Positions 1 to 11,864 of a DNA stretch of 64,000 nt are shown in pieces. Below the pieces are notes generated by a model. The model did not search any database. It saw only the letters and a program-made list of their open reading frames with translations, and had not been told where the DNA came from. Origin of the DNA: Carcharhinus amblyrhynchos (taxonomy: Eukaryota); NCBI GenBank assembly GCA_965287045.1, contig OZ336887.1, positions 38,254,001 through 38,318,000 of the forward strand, read 5' to 3'. Position numbers and translations under genes: made by a program. Position 1 is the first letter of the stretch. Every line of letters starts with the position of its first letter.

Positions 1-399
1 TTTTTTCAGGAAGTAAACTTTGCAGAGAGATTCTGTTGCCACGCAGTAGTGCTGCAACATCATTCTTTGCTGGGGCCTCCCAGCGGGGAGCTGGTTTGAT
101 ATCCTCATCTTCAGGCTATCCAATCAATTTAAAGGGCTTTAACAGAGTCCAAAAAAGTTGTTTTTAAAAAAAAACGTTTTTCTTGCATCAAGCAAATTAG
201 ATTAAGGCAAGATTTGCAGTCCTAATTGCACTCCCACTAATTAAATTAATCACTCTATACTGGTGAGATTCTATTGTGAATGAGGCCTGTGATTTTTCAA
301 GTAGAACACATTCTTCTGATCTGTCAGATTCAGCTGCTATCTACACCAAACGTTTGGGTGGATGGGATATGACCTGATTTTTTAAAAAAATTTGCTTTA

Positions 400-505
400 T
401 GTATTGCTCATGTATTGTTTCTTGCATACTATACAGACAAAGCATACAGTACATAGAGAAGGAAAGAATGCAGAATGTCATCTAAGTCATAGCTAGGGTG
501 AAGCA
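400..505 (-). mobile_element. Rex1/Babar-type LINE 3' UTR remnant
   Basis: Resembles the 3' UTR segments at 4005-4112/5875-5900 and the reverse complement of 2070-2170. Confidence 0.55.
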
Positions 506-856
506 CAGAACCAGAATGAAAGAATTAGAGTATGCTGGCTACAAGTTTGCAAGAAATTGCCATGCTCCAGCGCCATCTTGAGTTTGGTTTTCAATGTGCA
601 TATTCATATTCAGAATACGATGGAAAATGATGTGGAAGGCCAACTATGAAATCTGAGATGTGTGTATCTAACTACAGTCTATTTTAGTAAACGCCAAATT
701 TCTTTGTACAATCACCATATTTAAAAGATTATTGATGGCCAGACACATGCTTGGGAAAACAGGAATTAAATCTCCTGGGAATATTTCTTTTGAACTTCTT
801 TCTCCCAGGGACTTATTCTATTTATTCTGGTTGAGTCAGCTAATGTCACTGCTAAA

Positions 857-1108
857 AGTGGCATGGTGGTTAGCACAGCTGCCTCTCCGCGCCAAGGATC
901 CAGGTTTTGCACATTCTCCTCGGGTCTGCATAGATTGCCTCCCAGTTTAAAGACGTGTGGGTTAGGTGGTTTGACCACAGTAAATTGCCCTTGGTGTCAG
1001 GGGACCAGCAGGATAACTAGGGTTACAAGGATACAGTCTGGGTGGGACTCTTTGGTGAAAGTTTGATGGGCCGAATGGCCTCCTTCTGCATTATACAGAT
1101 TTTATGAT
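857..1108 (+). mobile_element. HE1-like V-SINE (internally deleted)
   Basis: tRNA-like head GTGGCATGGTGGTTAGCAC, V-domain, CR1-type tail GGGCCGAATGGCCTCCTTCTGCA. Confidence 0.85.
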
Positions 1109-1957
1109 CACTTAGTTTCCACGCTAGCCAAATACACTACTCAACCTTGTCTTGGTTAGGCTTGAGGAGACCTCCACCCAAGTAATTAAAGCATCACAGT
1201 GACTGGCCTAGAACTTCCAGTCAGCTGCAATTCTGGACACATTGCCCACAATGATATTACTAACTCAAAACTACTGCCCATTCCTTTGGTTTTAGCTGAC
1301 AGAAATGGGCAGGAAAGTGATGCCGGTCGAGTCCCAGAAAGCAGAGTGGAGTTGGGAGCAGAGGACATCCCCCGCCCCCCTTTAGAGCAGTAACTGACAC
1401 ATTCAGTTATTTTTGAAAGTTTTTTAATGAATAAATGTGGGTTAGTGAATGCGTAGTCAGGTAGGTGGGGTATTTAGGGTCTGATCGTGGGTAGGAGTAG
1501 TCAGGTCAAGCAGTAGTAGGGTAGGATCTGTTCAGGTGCTAGAAGAGCACTCTGGTCTGGTTGGTGGGTGTATTTGGGTGATCAGGTGGCAGGAGGTTAT
1601 GAGTAATCAATGAGTTGGGGAGGGTAGTCAGGTTGGGTCTGGGAGTGAGGGAAGTTACTCAGCTGCGAGACCAATTTTTGAATAATATTTCTTAGGTAAG
1701 TGTGCAGATAAGTCTGCTGTATCTGGCACAAGTAATACACAATCCCTTGACATCTTTAATAACCAGAACTCTATCGAGCTCCGTCTTCAATGTACTCAAT
1801 GACTCAGCCTTCACAACCCTCTGTGGTAGAGAATTCCAAAGATTTATCAGCCTTGATTGAAAAAAATCCTCAATGCGGTGTTAAATTTTCTGTTCTTTAT
1901 TCTGACAGTGTTCTCCTGGTTCTCCACACCACATCCTCCCACCTAGAGAAACATCCT

Positions 1958-2195
1958 GTGTTGGGGAAAAGGTGCAAAAGTCTGAGGTCATGTACCAGCC
2001 GACTCCAGAACAGTTTTTTCCCAGCTGCTATCAGACTTTTGTACAGACCTACCTCATTAAGTTGATCTTTCTTTACACCCTAGAACTGTAATACTAGGTT
2101 CTGCAGCTTCTCCTTTACTACTTTATGTACGGTATGCTTTGTATTATGTGTAAGAAACAATACTTTTCACTATGAATATATGTGACATCAAAAAA
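1958..2195 (+). mobile_element. Rex1/Babar-type LINE 3' fragment
   Basis: Encodes GKRCKSLRSCTSRLQNSFFPAAIRLL, a typical C-terminus, followed by a 3' UTR. Confidence 0.75.
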
Positions 2196-2377
2196 CTCTT
2201 GTAACAATTTTGTAAGCTTCAATAAAGTCTGCATTGTATATAGTGATCTTATTGTTATTATTTACACTTAAAAATTTCAGTGAAAACGTTTTCATTCCTT
2301 GTTTGGCTGAAGGTGGAAGAAGATGATGCTTTATGGCACTAACAGTTTCTTTGTCCTTCTCTCGCAGCGCAGACAAA

Positions 2378-3730
2378 TATAAGATCATATGACATAGGAG
2401 CAGAATTAGGCCACTTAGCCCATTGAGTCTGCTCCAACATTCAATCATGACTGATTTTTTTTTCCTCTCATCCCCATTCTCCCGCCTTTTCCCCATAATC
2501 CCTGGTCCCCTTATTAATCAAGAATCTATCTACCTCTGTCTTAAAGACACTCAATTACCTGGTCTCCACAGCCTTCTGCAGCAAAGAGTTCCACAGATTC
2601 ACCATTCTCTGGCTGAAGAAATTCCTCCTTATCTCTCAAAGGATCGTCCATTTAGCCTGAAGTTGTGCCCTTTGGTTCTAGTTTTTCCTAGTAGTGGAAA
2701 TTTCCTCTCCATGTCCATCCTATCCAAGCCTCACAAGATCCTGCAAGTTTCAATAAGATCCTGCCATCATTTCTAAACTCTGAGTACAGACCCAGAGTCC
2801 TCAACCATTCCTCATACGACAAGCTCTTCAGTCCAGGAATCATTCTTCTGAACCTCCTCTGGACTCTTTCTAAGGCCAGCTCATCTTTCTTTAGATATGG
2901 GGCCCAAAACTGCTCACAATACTCCAAATGGGGTCTGACCAGAGCGTTATACAGCCTCAGAAGTACATCCCTGCTCTGTATTCTAGCCCTCTCGACATGA
3001 ATGCTAACATTGCATTCGACTTCCTAACTGCCGACTGAACCTGCACGTTAACATTGAGAATCTTGAACAATGACTCCCAAGTCCCTTTGTGTTTCTGATT
3101 TCCTAGGTATTTTCCCATTTATACCTCCATTCCTCCTTCCAAAGTGTATAACCTCACACTTTTCCACATTGTATTCTATTTGTCACTTCTTTGCCCAATC
3201 TCCTAACCTGTCCAAGTCCTTCTACAGCCCCTCTGCTTCCCGTCTCTCTACGTACCTTTGTATTATCTGCAAACTTGGCAACAGTGCCTTCAGATGCTTA
3301 CTCCAAATCATTAATGTGTATTGTGAAAAGTTGTGGTCCCAGCACTGACCCCTGAGCCACATCACTAGTAATGGACTGCCATCTTGAGAAAGACCCCTTT
3401 ATCCCCACTCTCTGCCTTCTGCCAGTCAATCAATCCTCTATCCAGGCCAGAATCTTACCCTTAACACCATGGGCATCTAATTTATTTAAGTCTCCTGTAT
3501 GGCACCTCGTCAAAGGCCTTCTGGAAATCTAAATAAATTGCATTCACTCTCCTTTATCTAACTTTGTTGTTACCTCCTCAAAGAATGCTAACAGATTTGT
3601 CAGACGTGACCTCCCCTTGACAAAGCCATGCTGACTCAATCCTACTTTATCATGCACTGCCAAGTACTCTGCAATCTCACCTTTAATAATAGACTGTCAA
3701 ATCTTGCCAATGACCAAAGTCAAGCTAACC
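2378..3730 (-). mobile_element. CR1 LINE, 5'-truncated and decayed
   Basis: RT C-terminal peptide EYCEQFWAPYLKKDELALERVQRRF; CR1 tail at 2378-2450. Confidence 0.9.
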
Positions 3731-4004
3731 TGACTTACCTTCAAGCAGAATCTTGTTTTGTGTGTCCCTATAAAGAATGTTTTTTCTTCACTTCTTCAAA
3801 CGGTACAGTACATGGAATCTCATGTCCTGATGGAAAGTGAGGCTGTACATTAGGACAAAAACATATGAATCTGTTGAAGACTTCATAGTCTTATAGAGCT
3901 TGGGCTATGTGTCTTTATGAAACACTGATATGGTTGCCCCACTAATGTTAAGTTCACAGCTAATGAGAGAATGGATACGTCTAATAGAGATCCAGGATTT
4001 AATT

Positions 4005-6330
4005 TCATTTATTTTGTCATGTATTAGTATACAGTGAAAAGTATTTTTACTTGCGCAGTATACAGGCAAAGTGTACCGTTCGTTGAGAAGGAAACGAGAG
4101 ATTCAGAATGTAATAAGAACATAAGAAATAGGAGCAGGAGTAGGCCATCTAGCCCTTCGAGCCTGCCCCGCCATTCAATAAGATCATGGCTGATCTGTCG
4201 TGGCTCAGTTCCACTTTCCCGCCCTCTCCCCATAACCCTTAATCCCCTCTCTTATCAAGAACCCATCAACCCGCTTCTTAAAAATATTTAGCGAGGCAGC
4301 CTCCACCACTTCAACGGGCAGAGAATTCCAGAGATTCACCACCCTTTGAGTGAAGAAGTTCCTCCTCAACTCCGTTCTAAACCGCCTCCCCTTTATCTTG
4401 AGGCTGTGCCCCCTAGTCCTACTGTCTTTTTTGAGCGGGAAGAGTCTCTCCACCTCTATCCTATCCATCCCATTCATCATCTTATACGTCTCAATGAGAT
4501 CTCCCCTCATTCTTCTAAACTCTAACGAGTACAAGCCTAGTTTATTCAGCCTCTCCTCATAGCTCAATCCCCTCAACATAGCTCAATCCCCTCAACTCCG
4601 ATATCAGCCTAGTAAACCTCCTCTGCACTCCCTCCACGGCCAAAATATCCTTGCGCAGGTGCGGCGCCCAAAAACTGCACACAGTACTCCAGCTGCGGCC
4701 TCACCAATGCCCTATACAGCTGCAGCAAGACCTCCCTACTTTTATATTCAATCCCCCTCGCTATGAAGGCCAGCATCCCATTCGCCTTCCTGACCACCTG
4801 CTGCACCTGCAAGCTAGGTTTTTGCGACTCATGCACAAGGACCCCGAGGTCCCTCTGCACCGTCGCCTGCTGCAGTTTTTCGCCACGTAAGTAATAGTCC
4901 TTCCTACCATTCTTCCTACCAAAGTGGACCACCTCACACTTGCCAACATTAAATTCCATTTGCCATTTCCTGGCCCATTCGCCCAGCCTATCTAGATCCT
5001 TCTGCAGACTCTCCACACCCTCCGCACAATTTGCCTTTCCCCCAATCTTGGTGTCATCAGCAAATTTCGACACCCTGCACTCGGTTCCCTCCTCCAGATC
5101 ATCTATATAAATGGTAAATAGCTGAGGCCCCAGCACCGACCCCTGGGGCACCCCACTAGTTACCAACCGCCAATCCGAATAGCACCCGTTGACCCCCACT
5201 CTCTGCCTCCTATTTGACAACCAATCCTCTATCCACGCTAACACCCTACCCCCAACTCCATGTCCCCTGACCTTCTGCAATAACCTCTTGTGAGGTACCT
5301 TGTCAAACGCCTTCTGAAAATCCAGAAAGACCACATCCACCGGCTCTCCTCTATCCACTGCCCTAGACACATCCTCATAGAACTCCAGTAAATTTGTCAG
5401 ACACGACTTCCCTTTAATGAAACCGTGTTGCGTCTGCCCTATCAAGCAATTCCCTTCAAGATGCCTCGCAATTTCCTCCTTAATGACGGATTCTAACATT
5501 TTACCTACCACAGACGTTAAACTAACCGGCCTATAATTCCCCACCTTTTGCCTGGCACCCTTCTTAAACAACGGCGTAACATTAGCCGTTTTCCAATCTT
5601 CCGGCACTTCCCCGGAATCCAGCGACGTCTGGAAAATAACCACCAAGGCATCCACTATAACCTCCGCCATTTCTTTCAGAACCCTCGGATGCATTCCATC
5701 TGGTCCTGGGGACTTGTCCACAATCAGCCCCTCCAGTCTGTCGAGCACCACCTCTCTAGTAACAGTAATGTCATTAAGACCCTCCAGTCCTACCACCTTT
5801 CCATCGCTAACACCCGGCAAATTATTCACGTCCTCCTCCGTGAAGACAGAAACAAAAACAAAAACAAAAACAAAGTCATAGTTAGGGTATAGAGAAAGAT
5901 TAACTTAGTGTGAGGTAGGTCCATTCAAAAGCCTGACAGCAGCAAGGAAGAAGCTGTTCTTGAGTCGATTGGTACATGAGCTCAGACTTTTGTATCTTTT
6001 TCCCCAACTGAAGAAGATGGAAGAGAGAATGTCCGAGTGCATGGAGTCCGTAATTATGCTGGCTGCTTTGTCGAGGCAGTGAGAAATGTGGACAGTCAAT
6101 GGATGGAAGACTGGCTTGCATGGTGGATTGGGCTACAGTCATGACCTTTTGTAGTTTCTTGTAGTCTTGGACTGAGCAGGAGCCATACCAAGCTGTGATA
6201 CAACCAGAAAGAATGCTTTCAATGGTGCATCTGTAAAAGTTGGTGAGAGTCGTAACTGACATGCCAAATTTCCTTAGTCTTCTGAGCAAGTAAAGGCTTT
6301 GGTGGGCTTTCCTAACTAAAGTGTTGGCAT
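4005..6330 (-). mobile_element. Rex1/Babar-type LINE 3' part, split by a CR1 insertion
   Basis: 5900-6330 encodes KAHQSLYLLRRLRKFGMSVTTLTNFYRCTIESILSGCITAWYG and TNRLKNSFFLAAVRLLN; its 3' UTR resumes at 4005-4112. Confidence 0.8.
4113..5850 (-). mobile_element. Young CR1 LINE (RT ORF2 fragment)
   Basis: 406-aa ORF with KSPGPDG, NYRPVSLTS, FLDFQKAFDKV, GVPQGSVLGP, FADD; TTCTTATG tail; frameshifted by an extra base near 4670 and a 19-bp tandem duplication at 4558-4595. Confidence 0.95.
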
Positions 6331-6336
6331 GGGGCC

Positions 6337-6354
6337 GGGGGGGGGGGGGGGGGG
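6337..6354 (+). repeat. Poly-G run (G18)
   Basis: Read directly; lies at the 5' truncation point of the Rex1/Babar element. Confidence 0.85.
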
Positions 6355-7849
6355 CAGGTTTCAGCCATCTGACCCCTGCCACAATCAACACTGCCATTGT
6401 TTACTGATCTGAGGTTAGAAGCCACTGTTACATAAAAGTTTTAATGGTGGTTGTTCACAACTGCTTGTGATAATTTTTTCCCTGTACCTTTCTTTGCCAA
6501 AAGTTAAGTAGACACTGTCTGGGAGGGCTGTTGACTCTGAGTTTCAGTAAATTTCCAGTCAATAGAAGATGTAAATTCACAAATGGTTTCAGATTATGAA
6601 TGTCTCCACGCATGGTCATTTACAACTTAAGATCTTGCTGGAAACATGTTCAAACATGGGTTAATCCTTTATCTGTACAGAAATCGCAGGTCACCAGACC
6701 ACTGGTGACCATCTTGCGCAGCACTCTGACCCTTTTTGAAAGTCAATTTTCAAAAGTTGGCATTTGAAGTGCGTAGCTTGAAGGTGAGGAATATGACATC
6801 CTAGCAGGCATGACATGAAAGCTGAAACCTCAAAAACAACCTTGATTTAAAAGTCTATAACATAAACATTCATGTGAATTGTTAATGAAATTGCATGGAA
6901 TGACAATTGTTTTAGGCTGTTCAAGTGCTTTACTTCCTAAATGTTTCCAAGGCTATTGGTTTCTGGCTGAGTCCCTGTGGATTACACCCTTCTCCATCAC
7001 CAGTAAACATCTGTCCCAATGTGCACTAGACACTGGAGCCATATTTGCTTATGCACCTTGCTGCACTGTTTCACATAGTTGAGTGGTTCAGAGTCTGGAA
7101 TAAAGTTAAGTAAAGTTTGTTTAATAAAAACTTCCTAATGGGTGAACTGAATCACACCAGAGTGAAACATCTTAGGCTCACACTAATGGGGTCTAGTCTA
7201 ATTTCACACTATACCTTGGAGTTTCTGATTTGCTCCCTAGCAACAGCCAGTCTGCAGTGCAGTAGGACAGAAAGGATCATCCTCTTGCAATCAGAATAGA
7301 ACTCTATCTGAACAACTAGTCGATCCAGGCAGTGAGACAGAGGGCTAATTTGTCTTCCTCTACAAGATTCCTCTCCATAAGAACTTGGCCACAGAGACTT
7401 TTGTCTTCAGAGAACCAAAGATAGGAACTCAGCGGACCTGCAAAACTTCCCACCTGAAATGATTTCATCCACATGATTTACTACTTGTATTCATTTTTGT
7501 TAATAACCAAAACATATGCTTTGTTTCCTCAACTGCTGCCTAGATTCTATCTTTACTTGCGTACGTCTGTGTCCATGAGCGAATGAATGTGTTTTTTTGC
7601 ATTTACATTTTGGGATGTTGTGTGAATGAATATCATATTTCAGATTTAAACCTACCTGAAAGCCTGCTTCATGTTGATTACTGAAAATCGCAACACAAAA
7701 ATGCGTAAAACAATCCCTCTAAAACACATATCACTGCAGGCAATCGAGAGAAGAAGAAGAAACAGGAAGAGTTGTCATATCACCTCCCCATTTTTAAAAT
7801 TATTGGTTAGCAATTTTTATGTTGACAAAGGAAAGCTGGCATCTTTTGC

Positions 7850-8180
7850 AGCCACTGTATGTCCCAAAGCGCTTTCTGGCCAATGGAGTAATTTTGAAGT
7901 TTAGTCAGTGTTGTAATCAGCAACGATTTTGTGCCTGGCAAGCTCCCACAAATAACAATGTGCTAATGACCAGTGATCAGTTTGATGATGGTTGAGGGAC
8001 AAATACTGGCAGGACACAGGAAATAATAACTCCTCTGCTTCTTTTCTGAAATAGTATCTTTTACATCTGCCTGAGATAATAGATTTAATGACTTATCTGA
8101 AAAACTGTACTTCCAACAGTGCACTACACCCTCCACTGAAGTGGTAGTGTTGATTTTGATGCTCAGCACTGTGGAGTGGG
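7850..8180 (-). mobile_element. SacSINE1/DeuSINE-like element
   Basis: GTCCCAAAGCGCTT...GAGGGACAAATACTGGCAGGACAC...CCAACAGTGCACTACACCCTC; homologous to 31775-32165. Confidence 0.7.
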
Positions 8181-8604
8181 TAGGCTAAGAACTAAAAGGT
8201 GCTGTCTCAGCAACTTTAGGAAAGAATAAAATTGGAGACGAAAGAAGTGACTTTTTGAACAACTTAAAGGAATAAGTGTACTGCAAATAAATTGCATGCA
8301 CCAAGATAATGTCATAGCCTTCTAGCCTCAATACTCAAGTTTAACAATTTCTGACTATAAACTCTGGCCCCACATTTGGCTCCTTTTCTTTACGAGTGTT
8401 GATTTTAATTTTTTTTTTGCTTTTGGACCTTAGCTGTTCATTATTCTACCTTTCACATTTCCTGCAGACCCATCTTGTATTTCTTTACCTTTCTAATTTT
8501 AAAATTTTATTTAGAGATTTTTATAGATTTTTATTTAGAGATTATTATATACACGTTAAAGTCCATGGAATTCTCTTCCCTAGGGTACATTGGAGACTAG
8601 TTAT

Positions 8605-8772
8605 TGAATTTGTTTAAATCAGAGTTAGATAGATTGTTGACAGACAAAGCAGGCAGGGGTTATGGGAAGCAGATGGCAAAGTGGAGTTGAGGTTAAACTC
8701 AGATCTTACTGAATGGCAGAGCAGGCTCAAAAGGCTGAATGGCCTCCTTCTGATCCTAAATGCTATGTTCCA
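8605..8772 (+). mobile_element. CR1 3' tail
   Basis: GAATGGCAGAGCAGGCTCAAAAGGCTGAATGGCCTCCT motif. Confidence 0.75.
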
Positions 8773-9267
8773 TTCTTACTCCATTTGGCTCTGCCTCCCC
8801 CAGTTCTTCTACTGGTTAATGTCTCCTGTCTTATCACAGACTTTCCCTATTTCCTCTTTCTTTCCTTGACCTGCCCCATTTCACCTCCTTCAGATGGTGG
8901 ATGCATTGGTGATAATCTTCCAAAATGCGACAGATTCTGGAACAGTTCCTGCAGATTGGGCGGTCACAAATATTACCTCACTATTTAATAAGAGAGGTAA
9001 AAAGAAAACAGGGAATTACAGACCTCTGAGCCTGATGTCAGTGGGGAAAATGCTACAATCTATTTTAAAGGATGTGATAAATGGACACTTAAATAATGAT
9101 GATCTGAGTCAACATGGATTTATGAATGAGAAATCACGTTTGACAAACCTGTTGGGAGTTTTTTGAGGATGTTATAAACAGAATTGACAAAGGACAGTCA
9201 GTGGACAAAATGTACTTGGATTATCAGAAGACTTTTGACAAAATCCCTGACAGAAGGTTGTTTAGAA

Positions 9268-9455
9268 TTATAGAATCCCTTCAGTACAGAAGAAGGCCAT
9301 TCAGCCCATTGAGTATGCACCTACCACGATCCCACTCTGGCCCTAATCCCATAACCCTCAGTTATCCTGTGAATCCTCCCAACGCTAGAGTCAATTTAGC
9401 ATGACCAATCAACCAAATGAACCTGGGTCCCTGGCACTGTGAGACAGCAGTGCTT
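9268..9455 (-). mobile_element. HE1-like SINE nested in CR1
   Basis: ATAGAATCCCTTCAGTACAGAAGAAGGCCATTCAGCCC tail and GGCACTGTGAGACAGCAGTGC head on the reverse strand. Confidence 0.8.
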
Positions 9456-10377
9456 AAGTTACAGAGCATGGGATAGGAGGTAATATGCTGGCATGGATTA
9501 AGAATTGGTTATCAGCAGAAAACAAAGTAGGGATAAACAGGTTGTTTGCATGTTGGCAGGATGTAACTAGTGGGATCTGTACTTGGGCCCCAACGGTTCA
9601 CAATACATATTAACGATTTGGATGTGGGGGTCAAAATGTAATATTTCCAAGTTCATAGATGATACAAACTAGGTGTGACATGAGGAAGATGCAAAGTGGC
9701 TTCAAGGGGATTTGGACAGCTTTAGTGAATGGACAGGAGCATAGTAGATGGAATATAACATGGAGCAATGTGAGGTTAGGATTTTGATAGCAGGATCAGA
9801 TGTGCAGAGTATTTCTTAAATGATGAGACAGTGTATAGATGTACAAAGAGAACTGGATATCCTCAATATGTCACTGAAAGTTAACATGTAGATGCAGCAA
9901 GCAAATTAGGCGGTTAATGGTACGTTAGCCTTTATTTCAAGAGAATATATGGACAGGAGCATGGAAGTCTTCCATTTAATGGAAGCTTGGTTATCATGTC
10001 TGGATTACTGTGTGCAGTTTTCGTCCCCTTACCGTAAAAAGGATGTTACTGTCATATATGGAGTGCAGAGAAGGTTCACCAGACTTGTTCTGGGGATGGT
10101 GGGACTGTCTTATGAAGAGAGATTAGGTAAACTAGGCCTGAATTCCCTAACGTTTTGGAAAGTGAGAGGTGATCTCACTGAACCTTACAAAATTCTTAAA
10201 GGAATAGACAAGGTAGATGACGGTAAGATGTATTCCTTGGTTGGGGAGTCCAGAACCAAGGGACACAATTTCAACTTGAGGGGGAAGCCACTCAGGATGG
10301 AGATGAGGAGAAATTTCTTGACACAGAGGGTTATGAATCTTTAGAATTTGCTACCCCAAGGGCTGTGGAACCTCAGT

Positions 10378-10637
10378 CATAGAAGTAAAGAATTCCTACA
10401 GTGCAGAAGGTCAATTGGGTCTGCACCAACACAGCATCTTAGCTAGGCCCTCCCTGCCACATCATCCACACAACCCCACACACATAACTCACTATACCCC
10501 CTTACTTACATATCTTGGACACTAAGAGGCAATTTAGCATGACAAATCCATCAAACCTGTAACCCGAGGCTGGAATTGAACCCAGGTCCCTGGTAATGTG
10601 AAGCAGCAGTGCCAACCATTGTGCCACTGTGCTGCCC
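10378..10637 (-). mobile_element. HE1-like SINE nested in CR1
   Basis: Reverse head GCAGCAGTGCCAACCATTGTGCCACTGTGCTGCCC; flanked by short TCAT duplication. Confidence 0.8.
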
Positions 10638-10863
10638 TCATTGAGTATATTTAAGGCAGATATTTTTAAATGCCAATGACATAAAGGGGTTACAGGGATA
10701 GTGGGGGAGAAAGGCAATGAAGTGGATGACCATCCTTGATAGTATTGAATGGCAGAGCAGGCTGAATGGCCTTCTCCTGTGTCTAAACACTATTATGTTA
10801 CTACATTATTGTATTTAATAGGCAGAGCAGGCTGGACATACTGAATGGCTTACTCCTGTGTCT

Positions 10864-11317
10864 AACACAGTAAGAAGTTTCACAGCACCAGGTTAAAGTC
10901 CAACAGGTTTATTTGGTAGCAAAAGCCACTAGCTTTCAGAGTGTTGGCTGCCCCTTCCTCAGGTAAGTGGGAGTTCTGTTCACAAACAGGGCATATAAAG
11001 ATACAAACTCAATTCACAAAATAACAGTTGGAATGCGAGTCTTTACAGGTAATCAAGTCTTAAAGTACAGACAATATTAGTGGAGAGAGGGTCAAGCACA
11101 GGTTAAATGGTTTTCAGCTATTTCAGTTAGTGAGATTTTGCAAGTCCAGGCAAGTCATGGCGGTTACAGAGTGTGTGACATGAACCCAAGGTCCCGGTTG
11201 AGGCTGTCCTCGTGTGTGGAACTTGGCTATCAGTCTCTGCTCAGCGATTCTGTGCTGTCGTGTGTCGCGAAGGCAGCCTTGAAGAACACTGACCCGAAGA
11301 TCAGAGGCTGAATGCCT
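10864..11317 (-). mobile_element. Penelope-like element 3' fragment (GIY-YIG endonuclease C-terminus plus pLTR)
   Basis: Minus strand reads HSASDLRVSVLQGCLRDTRQHRIAEQRLIAKFHT/EDSLNRDLGFMSH (one frameshift), then the AATAAACCTGTTGGACTTTAACCTGG terminus. Confidence 0.85.
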
Positions 11318-11372
11318 CTGATACTAACAGGCAGTGCAGGCTGGATGGGCTGAATGGCCTGCTCCTGTGTCT

Positions 11373-11597
11373 AACACAGTAAGAAATCTCACAACACCAG
11401 GTTAAAGTCCAACAGATTTATAAAGTCCAACAGTACTCACTCTTCGTCAGGTGAGTCACTCAACTGATGAAGGAGCAGCGTTCTGAAAGCCAGGGGCTTT
11501 CACTACCAAATAAACCTGTTGGACTTTAACCTGGTGTTGAAAGACATCTTACTGTGTTTACCCCAGTACAACGCTGGCATCTGCACATCATGACTAC
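11373..11597. mobile_element. Inverted (palindromic) Penelope pLTR pair
   Basis: AACACAGTAAG...CACCAGGTTAAAGTCCAACAG mirrored by CTGTTGGACTTTAACCTGGTG...CTTACTGTGTT; CTGATGA...GAAA motif at 11464-11488. Confidence 0.85.
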
Positions 11598-11864
11598 CTG
11601 TGCCTGCCAGGCAGTGGGGGCTGGATGGGCTGAACGGCCTGATCCTGTGTCTGACAGGCAGGATGGGCTGAATGGCCTCGTCGTGTGTCTGACAGGTAGT
11701 GGGGGCAGGATAGGCTGAACGGCCTGCTCCTGCGTCTGACAGATAGAGCGGGCTGGATGACCTGCTCCTCTGTCTGACAGGCAGTGGGGGCTCTATGGGC
11801 TGAACGGACTGCTCTTGTGTCTGACAGGCAAAGCGGGCTGGATGGGCTGAACGGCCTGCTCCTG

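Larger units (their letters stand above)
8890..10786 (+). mobile_element. Old CR1 LINE with two nested SINEs
   Basis: RT fragments NYRPLSLMSVGK, LDYQKTFDKIP, VQRRFTRLV; interrupted at 9268-9455 and 10378-10637. Confidence 0.9.

Noticed and set aside
1440-1660. G-rich strand-biased tract with GTAGTCAGG repeats as a G-quadruplex or satellite
   Set aside because: Repeats are few and irregular; most likely low-complexity sequence within an old repeat.
4609-5829. 406-aa ORF as a host gene or a retron-like RT system
   Set aside because: It is a 5'-truncated, frameshifted CR1 ORF2 with a standard CR1 tail.
7230-7810. Possible solo LTR
   Set aside because: Composition is suggestive but I could not define TG...CA ends or a target-site duplication.
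1-10700. 3' exons of SUN1, expected upstream from human synteny
   Set aside because: I could not recognise any SUN-domain coding exon here; it may lie outside the window.
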